Assembly (NCBI GenBank): GCA_963744995.1
Contig: CAVUWA010000001.1
Coordinates: 160,001-224,000 of the forward strand
Reading direction: 5' to 3'
DNA: 64,000 nt
Source: Candidatus Eiseniibacteriota bacterium
GTDB taxonomy: Bacteria; Eisenbacteria; RBG-16-71-46
The notes under the pieces were generated by a model that was not told where the DNA came from, did not search any database, and saw nothing but the letters and a program-made list of their open reading frames with translations. The first letter of the stretch is position 1, and each line of letters opens with the position of its first letter. Below, piece by piece: positions 38,559 to 48,533 of this stretch. The translations under genes and the position numbers were made by a program.

Positions 38559-39794
38559 GTGTCGTTTCGATCCATCTTCATCGCCGTGCTGGTCAGCACC
38601 GCGCTGGTCGCCGCCGCGCTGATCCTCAACGCGCGCCGCCCCGCGGTGGAGACGGCGCAACCGACCGCCGCACTGGTCAAAGCCAGCGGCAAGTGCGCCG
38701 AGTGCCACCGGCGCGAGACCCGCGCCATCGTCGTCGAGTTCGAAGGCAGCCGGCACGCGGTGAAGGGCGTCACCTGCCTGGACTGCCACCGCCCGGTCAA
38801 GGGCCAGCCCGGCCAGGAACATCGCGGGTTCACGATCGCGAAGACGCTCACCGCGGCCAACTGCGCGCAGTGCCACCAGCGCGAGTACGACCAGTTCCTG
38901 CGCAGCCGCCACGCGGCGCCCGCGTATGCGGCGGTGCTCGGCAGCGCGCCGTTCACGCCCGAGCAGATCGCCGTCGCCGAGCAATTCCACCCCGGCGCCG
39001 TGAAGCGCACAGCGAATGCGCTGGTCGGGCTCGAGGGAGAGGCCGCCGCGGTGAAGGGCTGCATCTCGTGCCATTCCGTGGGCCGCCCGAACGAGGACGG
39101 ATCGATCGGCACCTGCACGCAGTGCCATGCGCGCCACGCCGCCTCGGTGGCACTCGCGCGACTGCCGCGCACCTGCGGCCAGTGCCACATGGGCCCCGAT
39201 CACTCGCAGATCGAGATCTACGAGGAATCGAGGCACGGCGTGCTCTTCAACGCGCAGCGGGCGCGCATGCGCCTCGACGCGCGCCCCGACGCGCTGACCC
39301 CGGACGACATGCCGGTGCCGACCTGCGCCACCTGCCACATGAGCGGGATGGGCGGCCAGAAGGTGACCCACGACACCTCAGAGCGTCTGTCGTACGAGCT
39401 GTTCGCGGCGGTCTCGGAGAAGCGGGCGCACTACGCCGAAGCGCAGGCCAACATGAAGGACCTGTGCAACACCTGCCACACGAAGGGCCACACGGACCGC
39501 TTCTACGCCGAGGCGGAGTCGGTGCTGGTCGCGACCAACGCCAAGGTGGCGAAGGGCATGGCCATCGTGGACGGGCTGCGCCGCGACGGGCTGCTGACCC
39601 CGAAACCCTTCGACGAGCCGATCGAGTTCACGGCCTTCGACTTCTGGCACTACTACGGCCGCACGACCAAGCACGGCGCGTTCATGGGCGGCGCGGACTT
39701 CGTGCAATGGCACGGCAACTACGAGCTGCTCGCCCACCAGATCGAGCTGGAGGCGCAGGCCGCGGAGCTCCGGCGCTCCCGTGCGCATCGCTGA
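38559..39794 (+). CDS. Octaheme cytochrome c, hydroxylamine oxidoreductase (HAO) family
   Basis: Eight CxxCH (CAECH, CLDCH, CAQCH, CISCH, CTQCH, CGQCH, CATCH, CNTCH); CGQCHMGPDHSQIEIYEESRHG and KHGAFMGGADFVQWHG signatures; N-terminal TM/signal. Confidence 0.88.
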   Translation: MSFRSIFIAVLVSTALVAAALILNARRPAVETAQPTAALVKASGKCAECHRRETRAIVVEFEGSRHAVKGVTCLDCHRPVKGQPGQEHRGFTIAKTLTAANCAQCHQREYDQFLRSRHAAPAYAAVLGSAPFTPEQIAVAEQFHPGAVKRTANALVGLEGEAAAVKGCISCHSVGRPNEDGSIGTCTQCHARHAASVALARLPRTCGQCHMGPDHSQIEIYEESRHGVLFNAQRARMRLDARPDALTPDDMPVPTCATCHMSGMGGQKVTHDTSERLSYELFAAVSEKRAHYAEAQANMKDLCNTCHTKGHTDRFYAEAESVLVATNAKVAKGMAIVDGLRRDGLLTPKPFDEPIEFTAFDFWHYYGRTTKHGAFMGGADFVQWHGNYELLAHQIELEAQAAELRRSRAHR

Positions 39795-40623
39795 GCGCGT
39801 GGCGGCGTGGCCGCGGCCGGTGCTCGTCGAGCTGTTCGCGATCTCGAACCTCGCATTTCTGACGCTCGACGTGTTCATCGCGCATTCGATCAACGCGTTC
39901 CACTACCCGATCGAGCGGATCCCGGTGGGTTTCGGCGTGGCGGGCGCCACCGTGCTGTTCGCGGGGCTCGCCGCGGACGCATTCGATTTGCGACGCGCCC
40001 GGGCGCGCTGGGCCGGCTATCTGGTGGGCTGGTCCGCGGTCGCGGTCGGCGTGGTCGGGCTGTTCCTCCATCTCGAGAGCTCGTTCTTCGCGCAGCAGAC
40101 GCTGCGCAGTCTGGTCTACACCGCCCCGTTTGCGGCGCCGCTGTCGTTCGCCGGGCTCGGTCTGCTGGTGCTCGCGAACCGCCACGTGCGCCGCGATTCG
40201 ATCGAGTGGGGGCAGTGGGTGCTGTTCCTCGCATGGGGCGGCTTCGCCGGCAACTTCGTGCTCTCGCTCGCCGACCACGCGCAGAACGGCTTCTTCGATC
40301 TGCGCGAGTGGATCCCGGTGGTCGCGGCAGCGCTCGCGGTGGGCTTCCTGCTGCTCGCGCTGCTGCGCCCGGCGGACGCGGCGCTGCGCAGGGCGTGCTA
40401 CGGCGTCCTCGCGCTGCAGGTGGCCGTGGCGGTTGCCGGCTTCGTCTTCCACGTGCAGGCCGACCTCGCGCCGCACGGCACCGGACTCGTCAACGGCATC
40501 CTCTACGGGGCGCCGCCGTTCGCCCCGCTGCTGTTCGCCGACCTGGCCTCGCTCGCGGCGATCGCGCTCGTGGACCTGGGGGCGAAGACGGTCGAGGCCG
40601 CCGGCGATGCGGCGCAGACGTGA
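39781..40623 (+). CDS. Polytopic membrane protein with internal duplication, coupled to the octaheme cytochrome
   Basis: Overlaps the upstream stop; two homologous halves, each with HxxNxF and GxxxH motifs. Confidence 0.75.
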   Translation: MRIAERVAAWPRPVLVELFAISNLAFLTLDVFIAHSINAFHYPIERIPVGFGVAGATVLFAGLAADAFDLRRARARWAGYLVGWSAVAVGVVGLFLHLESSFFAQQTLRSLVYTAPFAAPLSFAGLGLLVLANRHVRRDSIEWGQWVLFLAWGGFAGNFVLSLADHAQNGFFDLREWIPVVAAALAVGFLLLALLRPADAALRRACYGVLALQVAVAVAGFVFHVQADLAPHGTGLVNGILYGAPPFAPLLFADLASLAAIALVDLGAKTVEAAGDAAQT

Positions 40624-40969
40624 GCCGCTCGGTCCGATCCGTTTTCTCCCGCGATCGTTGACGGCGCTCTGAAGTGCGACGCTTGCGACCCCCCGGAAGG
40701 GGTGAGACGCGGGAACGCCCGCCGGAGCACCCGCAGGGGCGGCCGCTACGGTGCACGTGACCTCGCGCGGGCACGGCGGACACGGTCCGCCGCTCACCCG
40801 GGTTCGGCGCCGTCATCTCCCCCGGTCCCGACGCTGCGCAGCGCCCCGCCACTCGAACCCTCCCGCGCGTCGCGCCCCGCGCGACGCGCCGCAACCGGCG
40901 CGAAGGGATTCCGACCGCCTTCGCGTGCCGGGCGACGGCGGACGCCCTTCCGGGTCGCCCGCCGCTGCG

Positions 40970-42850
40970 CTACAGAGGGACCTGACGGCCGATCTCCACC
41001 ACCCGGTCGGTGGGCAGCCGGTAGTAGCGGGTGACGCGGTGCTGATTGCGGGCGAGGAAAGCATAGAGCTCTCTGCGCGGGATGCTCATGCCGAGCTTAC
41101 GGCGCGGCACGCGGAACTCGTCGCCGGCGATGTACGTCACCGTGTCCAGGTCGAGGCCCAGCCCCTCCCTGCGATTGGCCTCGGCGAGCAGTTTCGGCAC
41201 GTCGACCGACTCCATGAAACCGACGTGCGCCACGATGCGATGGATGTCATCTCGCAGTGCCTCGACCCTCAGGCGCTCCTTCGCGGGCACGCGCGGCCGC
41301 CGCACGACGATCACGGTGAACAGAACCACGCGTCGGTGCAGCGCGTGATTGTGCGCGAGGTTGTCCACCAGGGCGCGGGGCGTTCCCGACGGATTGTTCG
41401 ACAGGTACACCGCCTGCCCCGGAACGCGCCGGTAGGTGCCGCCCCCGCCGATCCGGGCGAGGTGTTCGAGGGGATCGATCGCCAGATCGCGGGTTGCACG
41501 CTGCTCGATCGCGCTGCCGCGCATCCACGTCATCATGAGGAACATCACCCCCCCGCCCGCGGCGAGCGGCACCCAGCCACCATCGACGAACTTCATGAGA
41601 TTCGCGCTCAGGTAGGCGAGATCGAGCACCAGGAACAGACCGCACAGGGCGAGCGCCGAGCCGAGCGGCCAGCGGAACACCGAGCGCAGCGCGACGTACA
41701 GCAGCATCGTTGTGATGACCATCGTCGTCGAGATCGCCACGCCGTAGGCCGCGGCCAGTGCACCCGAGTGACGGAAGCCGAGTACCAGCGCGACCGTCGC
41801 AACCAGCAGGAACCAGTTCACCGCGGGCACGTAGATCTGACCGCGCTCCCGGGCCGACGTGTGCATCAGGTTCAGACGCGGCAGATAGCCGAGATGCACG
41901 GCCTGGAAGGTCAGCGAGAACGCACCGGAGATGATCGCCTGGGAGGCGATCACCGTGGCCGCGGTCGCGAGCACCACCAGCGGCCACAGGCTCCACCCGG
42001 GCGCCATTTGGTAGAAGGGCTGGGCGATCGCCGAGCCGTGGACGAGGATCAACGCGCCCTGACCATAGTAGTTGAGCAGCAGCGCGGGCAGCACCAGCAC
42101 GAACCAGCCGAGCCGTATCGGCCTTGAGCCGAAGTGCCCGATGTCGGCGTAGAGCGCTTCACCCCCGGTCACCACGAGAAACACGATGCCGAGAATGGCC
42201 AGCCCGTGCAGGCCGTTCGTCTGCATGAACGCCAGCGCATGCCGCGGGTCCACCGCCGCGAGCACGGACGGCGCGGTCGCGATCGAGCGCAGCCCGAACG
42301 CGGCGAGGGTACCGAACCACAGCAACATGATCGGGCCGAACAGGGTTCCCACGCGGGCGGTGCCGAGTTGCTGGACGGCGAACAGCGCCACCAGGATCCC
42401 AACCGTCACCGGGATCACCCAGCCGCCGAGGTTCGGGGCCACGATCTGCAGTCCCTCGACCGCGCTCAGCACGGAGATCGCCGGCGTGATCATGCCGTCG
42501 CCATAGAGCAGCGCAGCGCCGAAGATGCCGAGCAGCAGGATGCCGCGCCGTCCGTAGCCTTCGGACCGCCGCAGGACCAGTTCCATCAGCGCCAGGATGC
42601 CGCCTTCGCCTTCGTAGTCGGCCCGCAGGACGAACACCAGGTACTTGAGCGAGATGACGAGCAGCAGCGACCAGGTCACGAGGGAGAGGACGCCGAGCAC
42701 GTTCGCTTCGTTCGGCGCCACGCCGTAGTGGCCGAAGAAGCACTCGCGTACGGCGTAGAGCGGGCTGGTGCCGATGTCGCCATAGACCACGCCCAGCGCG
42801 GCGAGCGTCAGGAACGCGAGGCGGTCCGATGCCGGACGATCGTTGGCCAT
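40970..42850 (-). CDS. kup: Kup potassium transporter
   Basis: GVVYGDIGTSPLY, GEGGILAL, GDGMITPAISVLSAVEG, VTGGEALYADIGHF, GQIYVP. Confidence 0.95.
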   Translation of the reverse strand: MANDRPASDRLAFLTLAALGVVYGDIGTSPLYAVRECFFGHYGVAPNEANVLGVLSLVTWSLLLVISLKYLVFVLRADYEGEGGILALMELVLRRSEGYGRRGILLLGIFGAALLYGDGMITPAISVLSAVEGLQIVAPNLGGWVIPVTVGILVALFAVQQLGTARVGTLFGPIMLLWFGTLAAFGLRSIATAPSVLAAVDPRHALAFMQTNGLHGLAILGIVFLVVTGGEALYADIGHFGSRPIRLGWFVLVLPALLLNYYGQGALILVHGSAIAQPFYQMAPGWSLWPLVVLATAATVIASQAIISGAFSLTFQAVHLGYLPRLNLMHTSARERGQIYVPAVNWFLLVATVALVLGFRHSGALAAAYGVAISTTMVITTMLLYVALRSVFRWPLGSALALCGLFLVLDLAYLSANLMKFVDGGWVPLAAGGGVMFLMMTWMRGSAIEQRATRDLAIDPLEHLARIGGGGTYRRVPGQAVYLSNNPSGTPRALVDNLAHNHALHRRVVLFTVIVVRRPRVPAKERLRVEALRDDIHRIVAHVGFMESVDVPKLLAEANRREGLGLDLDTVTYIAGDEFRVPRRKLGMSIPRRELYAFLARNQHRVTRYYRLPTDRVVEIGRQVPL

Positions 42851-42962
42851 CGCGACATATCATGGCCGCATCGCGCCGCGATGGCCAGCCTTCCATCATG
42901 AGCGCCTGGATGAGCTTCGAAGGAGCAGACGGGCACACCCTGGTCGAAGGTGAGAAGTCCCC

Positions 42963-44489
42963 CTACACGTCGAACTTCACGCCCTGCGCGAGCGGCAGCT
43001 GGTCGCTGTAGTTGATCGTTACCGTCTGGCGCCGCATGTAAAGCTTCCAGGCGTCGGAGCCGGCTTCGCGGCCACCGCCGGTGTCCTTCTCGCCGCCGAA
43101 CGCGCCGCCGATCTCGGCCCCCGAGGTGCCGATGTTCACGTTGGCGATGCCGCAGTCGCTGCCCGCCGCCGACAGGAACTTCTCCGCCGCGAACAGATCC
43201 TTCGTGAAGATCGCGCTCGAAAGGCCCTGCGGCACGCCGTTGTTGACGGCGATCGCCTCGTTCACGTCCTCGACCTCGATCAGGTACAGCACCGGCGCGA
43301 AGGTTTCCTCCTGAACGATCTTCATGTCGGCGCGCGCCTTCACCAGCGTCGGCTCGACGAAGAAGCCCGGCCGCTCGAGACGCTTGCCGCCGTAGAGGAT
43401 TTCGCCGCCCTCGGCGCGCACCTGGTCGAGCGCCTTCATCATGTCGTCGACCGCGCCCGCGTCGATCAACGGCCCCATCAGCGTGCCGTCTTCGAGCGGA
43501 TCACCGATCTTCACCGACGCGTACGCCTTCTTCAGGCGCTCGGTGAGCTTCGCCGCGATGCCCCTCTGCATCACCAGCCGGCGCAGCGACGTGCAGCGCT
43601 GGCCCGCGGTGCCGACGGCGGCGAAGGTCGCGGCGCGCATGGCGAGGTCCAGATCGGCGTCGTCGAGCACCACGATCGCGTTGTTGCCGCCGAGCTCGAG
43701 GATCGAGCGCCCGAAGCGCGGGCCGACCACCTCGGCGATGCGCCGGCCCATGCGACAGCTGCCGGTCGCCGAGATCAGCGGGATGCGGCGGTCGGCGAGC
43801 ATGCCGTCGCCGACGTCGCTGCCGCGGCCGACGACGAGGTTGAACACCCCGGCGCAGTCGTACTCCTGCATCACGCCATCGCAGATCTTCTGCACGGCGA
43901 TCGCGCACAGCGGCACCTTGGACGACGGCTTCCAGATCACGGTGTCGCCGCACACCGCGGCGATCGCGGCGTTCCACGCCCACACCGCGACCGGGAAGTT
44001 GAACGCGCTCACGACGCCGACCGGCCCGAGCGGCTGCCACTGCTCGTACATGCGGTGGGCGGGCCGTTCGCTGTGCATCGCGAGCCCGTAGAGCTGGCGC
44101 GAGAGGCCGACCGCGAAGTCGCAGATGTCGATCATCTCCTGCACTTCGCCGAGTCCTTCGGAGAGGATCTTGCCGTTCTCGAGCGAGACCAGCCGGCCGA
44201 GGTCCTCCTTATGGGCGCGCAGCGCGTTGCCGAGCGCGCGCACGACCTCACCGCGACGCGGCGCGGGGATCAGGCGCCACTTTTCGAACGCCGCCTCAGC
44301 CGCCTTCACGACCTGGTCGTAGTCGGCGGCCGTCGCCTGGCGGACCTTCGCGATGGTTTCGCCCGTGGTGGGATTCACCGACGCCAGCTCGGCGCCTTTG
44401 GTTTCGATCCAGCGACCCGTGCCCGCGCCCGGGTTCACATCCTGAATCCCGAGCCGCGAGAGCAGGCCGTTCAACGTCGTCGTGGTCAT
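42963..44489 (-). CDS. Aldehyde dehydrogenase family 7 (piperideine-6-carboxylate / aminoadipate-semialdehyde dehydrogenase)
   Basis: PAPRRGE, EVQEMIDICDFAVGLSRQLYG, SAFNFPVAVW, LELGGNN, TAGQRCT, GTSGAEIGGAFGGEK, LPLAQG. Confidence 0.92.
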   Translation of the reverse strand: MTTTTLNGLLSRLGIQDVNPGAGTGRWIETKGAELASVNPTTGETIAKVRQATAADYDQVVKAAEAAFEKWRLIPAPRRGEVVRALGNALRAHKEDLGRLVSLENGKILSEGLGEVQEMIDICDFAVGLSRQLYGLAMHSERPAHRMYEQWQPLGPVGVVSAFNFPVAVWAWNAAIAAVCGDTVIWKPSSKVPLCAIAVQKICDGVMQEYDCAGVFNLVVGRGSDVGDGMLADRRIPLISATGSCRMGRRIAEVVGPRFGRSILELGGNNAIVVLDDADLDLAMRAATFAAVGTAGQRCTSLRRLVMQRGIAAKLTERLKKAYASVKIGDPLEDGTLMGPLIDAGAVDDMMKALDQVRAEGGEILYGGKRLERPGFFVEPTLVKARADMKIVQEETFAPVLYLIEVEDVNEAIAVNNGVPQGLSSAIFTKDLFAAEKFLSAAGSDCGIANVNIGTSGAEIGGAFGGEKDTGGGREAGSDAWKLYMRRQTVTINYSDQLPLAQGVKFDV

Positions 44490-44657
44490 GACCGCCTCCT
44501 GAATGGTTGCGAAAGTTTCGCGCAGCGTAGCACGTCCCGCTGGGCGGGCGGCAGCCGCCGGGACGCGCTGCGCGGAACTCCATGAGTGCCGGCAGGGTCG
44601 GGGCACGGGCGTCCCCGGAGGATGCGCGGCGCCGGGCCTCCGGCTAAACTCGTGACC

Positions 44658-47600
44658 GTGCATCGATTCTCCCCCCCCCGTCTCCGGCGCGTTCCCGCCC
44701 CGGCGCCGCTCGCGACTCTGGCCGTGGCGGCGTTGCTGCTGGGATCGATCGCCAGCCACCGCGCCGCCGCCGATCCGGATGCGGGCGGCCTCGAGCGGAT
44801 CCGTGCCCTGATCGGCGAGCGGCGCTACGCCGCGGCCGAAAGCCTCGCCACCGCCGAACTCGCGGGGCTCGACCACGCCCCCGCCGACTCGCTGCGGATG
44901 GCCGATCTCATGGCCCAGTTCGTACGATCCAGGACCCTGCGCGGCGCTTTTCACGACAGCACCGCACGCGCGATGGCGCGGCGCGTGATCGCGATCCGCA
45001 CGCGCCGGCTGGGCGCGGCGGACTCGGCCGTGGCGGACGCGCACTACGCGCTCGCCTACCTCTACGGTCCCGCCGGCGAGATGGACTCGGCCGAGGTCCA
45101 CGCGCAGATCGCGCTCGACATTCGCGAACAGGCGCTCCAGCCGGGCGACTCGCTGATCTCCGAAAGCCTGCGGCTCATGGGCATGGTGCATCGCGATCGC
45201 ATGGACTTCGCAGCGGCGGAGGACTACTTCCGCCGCGCCTGGCAGCAACGGCTGATTTCGGGCCCCGAGGAGCGGCCCATGGTCGCCGTCCTGCTCGGCG
45301 AGCAGGGCAACTGCCTGCGGCAGATGGGGCGTTTCGAGGATGCGCGCCGGGCGCTCGAACACGCGCTGGCCGTCTACGACCGCACGCTCGGCAGGGAGTC
45401 GCTCGCGAGCGCGTCCATCTACGACTACCTGGCGCACGTCGAGCGCGAGGCGGGGCACCTCGCGCAGGCCATCGATCTGTCACTCGAAGCGCAGCGCATC
45501 GCGCGCCTGCACGTGCCGGAGAGTCATCGCGAGTTCATCCGTCTGCAGCGCAACATGAGCAACTGGCTGGTCGAGCTCGGCGACTACGCCGGAGCCCGCG
45601 CGATCCTCGAGCGCGCGCTGCCCCACTACGTCGCCATCTTCGGCGCCCACCACTGGCGCACGCTGGGCACCCTCCTTTCGCTGGGCATCGCGCGCGCGGG
45701 CTGCGACGACTCGACCGGCGCCATGCAGGCGCTGCAGACGGTGGAGCGCGAGTTCATGGCGAAGCCGGGGCCGCCGGACCCGCTGGTCGGCACGGCGCTG
45801 CTCTGGCAGGCGGAGCTGATGGCGACGCACGGCAACCACGCGGGATCGCTCGAGACCGCGCGTCGCGCGGTGCCGATCGAGCACGCCTCGCGGACCCCGA
45901 AGTGGCTGAACCTCGCCGAGCTGCAGATCTGCATCGTCCGCGACGAGGTCGCGCTCGGCGACACGGTCGGCCTCGAGGCGGACCGGCTCGAGCTGCTGCG
46001 CCTCGCAGACATGCGCCGGAGCGGCGGTTCGAACATCCCGCAGACGCTGCGGTCCACGAACGCGCTGGCCCTGAGCGCGCTCCGGCGCGAGCGCGAAGCG
46101 TGGCGTGAAGCGCTCGCCGCCGACCGCATCTCCCGCGAACGGCTGCGCGCCAACGTGCGCCAGCTGCCCGACCGCCGCGCGCTGCAGCTCTCGCTGCAAT
46201 ACACCCCGGCGCTCGATCTGGTGCTGGCGCTGGCGCCGGCGGACTCCGCAGGCCGCCTCGAGGCGGCCTGGGACGCGCTGGTGCGCGAGCGCGGGCTGGT
46301 GCGCAGCGAAGTCGAGCGCCGCCGTCTTCCACCGGCGGCACGCGGCGACACGGCGCTCGTCCGGCTGCACGCCCGCTGGATCGACGCCGAACGGCGGCAG
46401 GCGCAGGCCATCGTCGGCACGGCGGACGAGGCCGATTCGCTGAGCCGGGAACATCTGAACCGACTGCGCGAGGGCGCGGAGGATGCCGAGCGCGCGTGGG
46501 CGCGCGCGTTCGCGGCGCACGAAGGCGCGAGGCGTGCGGCCGAGCCGGGGTTCGAGGAGATCCGCGCGCGCCTCGGCGCAGGGCAGGCGCTGGTGGGATG
46601 CGTGCTGACCCCGGCCGCCGAGGACACGGCCCACGTTCTCGCGCTGATCGCCCGCGCCGGATCGGGCGGCATCGCGCGGGTGGATCTCGGCCGCGCGAGC
46701 GCGTTGCGCGCCGCGATCGAGCCGTGGCGCGAGCGGCTCGCCACGTCGCCCGGCCCGGGCGCGAAGCCCGATGGCAGGGCCGAACGCGAGTGCCGCCGCT
46801 ACGGCGCCCGCGTGCGGGCGCTCACCTGGGACCGGATCGCACCGCGCATCGGCGCTGCCCGCGAAGTCTTCGTCGTGCCCGACGGACCGATCGCGGACCT
46901 CGACTGGCAGGCCCTGCCGGACGGGGCCACCCGCTACCTCGTCGAAACCGGCCCGGTGCTCGCCGTGCTCAACGCCGAGCGCGAGCTGCTCGACACGCCT
47001 CCTGGCGGACCCCCGGGCGCGCTGCTCGCGGTGGGCGCGCCCGACTACGGCGTCCTGCCGGCGCCCGTGCCGGATGCGCAACGCGGCGCGGCGCGCCTCA
47101 TCGGCGACCCATGCAGCGGCGGCCTTCCGGAGCTGCCCCCGCTGCCGGGCACGGCCACGGAAGTCGAGGCCGTGGTGCGCACCTGGCCCGGCCGGGTGGA
47201 CACGCTCGAGGGCGCGGCGGCCGGCGAGGCCGCCTTCAAGCGCATGGCCCCCGGGCACGAAGTGCTGCACGTCGCGACGCACGGCGTCGTCGCGCGCGAC
47301 ACCTGCGCGGCGGCCACCGGCGGGCAGCGCGGGGTCGGCGGCCTCGAGCCGGTCGCCGCGCCACGGCAGCCGCGCGTCCACGCGGTGGCGGCGGGCGCGC
47401 CGCCGTCCGCGCCCGCGCACCTGCAGCCGCCTTCGCCGTGGCTCGGGCGCCGGGTCTGGCTGGCGCTCGCGGGGGCGAACGAAGCGCGTGCGCACACCGA
47501 AGACGAGAACGAAGGGCTGCTCACCGCCGAAGAGGTGCAGACGCTCGATCTCGCCGGGACCGACTGGGTGGTGCTCTCCGCCTGCCACTCGGGCCTCGGC

Positions 47601-47867
47601 CGGGCCTGGTCGCGCGAGGGCACCCTCGGCATGCGTCGCGCCTTCCACCTCGCAGGCGCCCGCACCGTGATCGCGAGCGCCTGGTCAGTCGAGGACGACG
47701 CCACGCGCGAGTGGATGGACGCCCTCTACGAGGCGCGGCGCCGGATCGGCCCGGACGCCGCGCGCGACGTGCGCGCCGCGAGCCGCGCCGTGCTCCAGCG
47801 CCGGCGCGCCGCGCAGCGTTCGACGCACCCGTTCTACTGGGCGGCATTCGACGCGACCGGCAGGTAG
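44658..47867 (+). CDS. TPR + CHAT (caspase-HetF-like) protein with N-terminal signal/TM
   Basis: Kinesin-light-chain-type TPRs; VVPDG, LPGTATEV, LHVATHG, GLLTAEEV, VVLSAC, SAWSVED, HPFYWAAF; start uncertain. Confidence 0.88.
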   Translation: MHRFSPPRLRRVPAPAPLATLAVAALLLGSIASHRAAADPDAGGLERIRALIGERRYAAAESLATAELAGLDHAPADSLRMADLMAQFVRSRTLRGAFHDSTARAMARRVIAIRTRRLGAADSAVADAHYALAYLYGPAGEMDSAEVHAQIALDIREQALQPGDSLISESLRLMGMVHRDRMDFAAAEDYFRRAWQQRLISGPEERPMVAVLLGEQGNCLRQMGRFEDARRALEHALAVYDRTLGRESLASASIYDYLAHVEREAGHLAQAIDLSLEAQRIARLHVPESHREFIRLQRNMSNWLVELGDYAGARAILERALPHYVAIFGAHHWRTLGTLLSLGIARAGCDDSTGAMQALQTVEREFMAKPGPPDPLVGTALLWQAELMATHGNHAGSLETARRAVPIEHASRTPKWLNLAELQICIVRDEVALGDTVGLEADRLELLRLADMRRSGGSNIPQTLRSTNALALSALRREREAWREALAADRISRERLRANVRQLPDRRALQLSLQYTPALDLVLALAPADSAGRLEAAWDALVRERGLVRSEVERRRLPPAARGDTALVRLHARWIDAERRQAQAIVGTADEADSLSREHLNRLREGAEDAERAWARAFAAHEGARRAAEPGFEEIRARLGAGQALVGCVLTPAAEDTAHVLALIARAGSGGIARVDLGRASALRAAIEPWRERLATSPGPGAKPDGRAERECRRYGARVRALTWDRIAPRIGAAREVFVVPDGPIADLDWQALPDGATRYLVETGPVLAVLNAERELLDTPPGGPPGALLAVGAPDYGVLPAPVPDAQRGAARLIGDPCSGGLPELPPLPGTATEVEAVVRTWPGRVDTLEGAAAGEAAFKRMAPGHEVLHVATHGVVARDTCAAATGGQRGVGGLEPVAAPRQPRVHAVAAGAPPSAPAHLQPPSPWLGRRVWLALAGANEARAHTEDENEGLLTAEEVQTLDLAGTDWVVLSACHSGLGRAWSREGTLGMRRAFHLAGARTVIASAWSVEDDATREWMDALYEARRRIGPDAARDVRAASRAVLQRRRAAQRSTHPFYWAAFDATGR

Positions 47868-48008
47868 GACGCCGCGCACATACGCCGCGCCGCGGAAGTC
47901 CGGCCCACACCCCACCTGACCCGCACCCGGCGTCGAGCCGCCCGGGCCCGTCCCGCCGCGCCGCCGCGGTTGCTCCGCGTCACGCGCAATGCTTTCATGC
48001 GCCCACCC

Positions 48009-48533
48009 ATGCCCTCCTCTCCGCCCACTCCCGCTCCCGGCGAGCGCGTGCTCGCGCTGTGGCGGCGGCTCGCGCCGCTGCCGTTCGGCCGTGCGCTGTT
48101 CATGTGGGCGTTCGCGCGCCGGGTGCCCTATTCCGGCGCCCTCGGGGCGCGCGTCGAGGCGCTCGAGCCCGGGTACGCCCGCGTGCGGCTGCGCGACCGG
48201 CGCGCGGTGCGCAATCATCTGGACTCCGTGCACGCGATCGCGCTCGCCAACCTCGGCGAGCTGACGAGTGGCCTCGCGATGACCACCGCCCTCCCTGCCG
48301 GCGTGCGCGGGATCGTCATGCACCTCGAGATCGACTACGTGAAGAAGGCGCGCGGCACGCTGACCGCCGAGAGTCGCGTGCTGGTGCCGGCGGTCACGAC
48401 GGACCTCGACCACGAGGTGCGCGCCACGATTCACGACGAATCGGACGAAGCCGTCGCGACGGTCGCCGTGCGCTGGCGGCTGAGCCCAGTGGCGGACGCT
48501 GCGCTTCGCCCCGTACCGCCCCCGGCCGCATGA
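48009..48533 (+). CDS. PaaI-type hotdog thioesterase (DUF4442-like)
   Basis: VPYSGALG, RNHLDSVHAIALANLGE, IDYVKKARG. Confidence 0.8.
   Translation: MPSSPPTPAPGERVLALWRRLAPLPFGRALFMWAFARRVPYSGALGARVEALEPGYARVRLRDRRAVRNHLDSVHAIALANLGELTSGLAMTTALPAGVRGIVMHLEIDYVKKARGTLTAESRVLVPAVTTDLDHEVRATIHDESDEAVATVAVRWRLSPVADAALRPVPPPAA

Noticed and set aside
44658..47867. CRISPR-associated (Craspase-like) or anti-phage CHAT system
   Set aside because: No cas genes, array, gasdermin-like or STAND neighbour in the window
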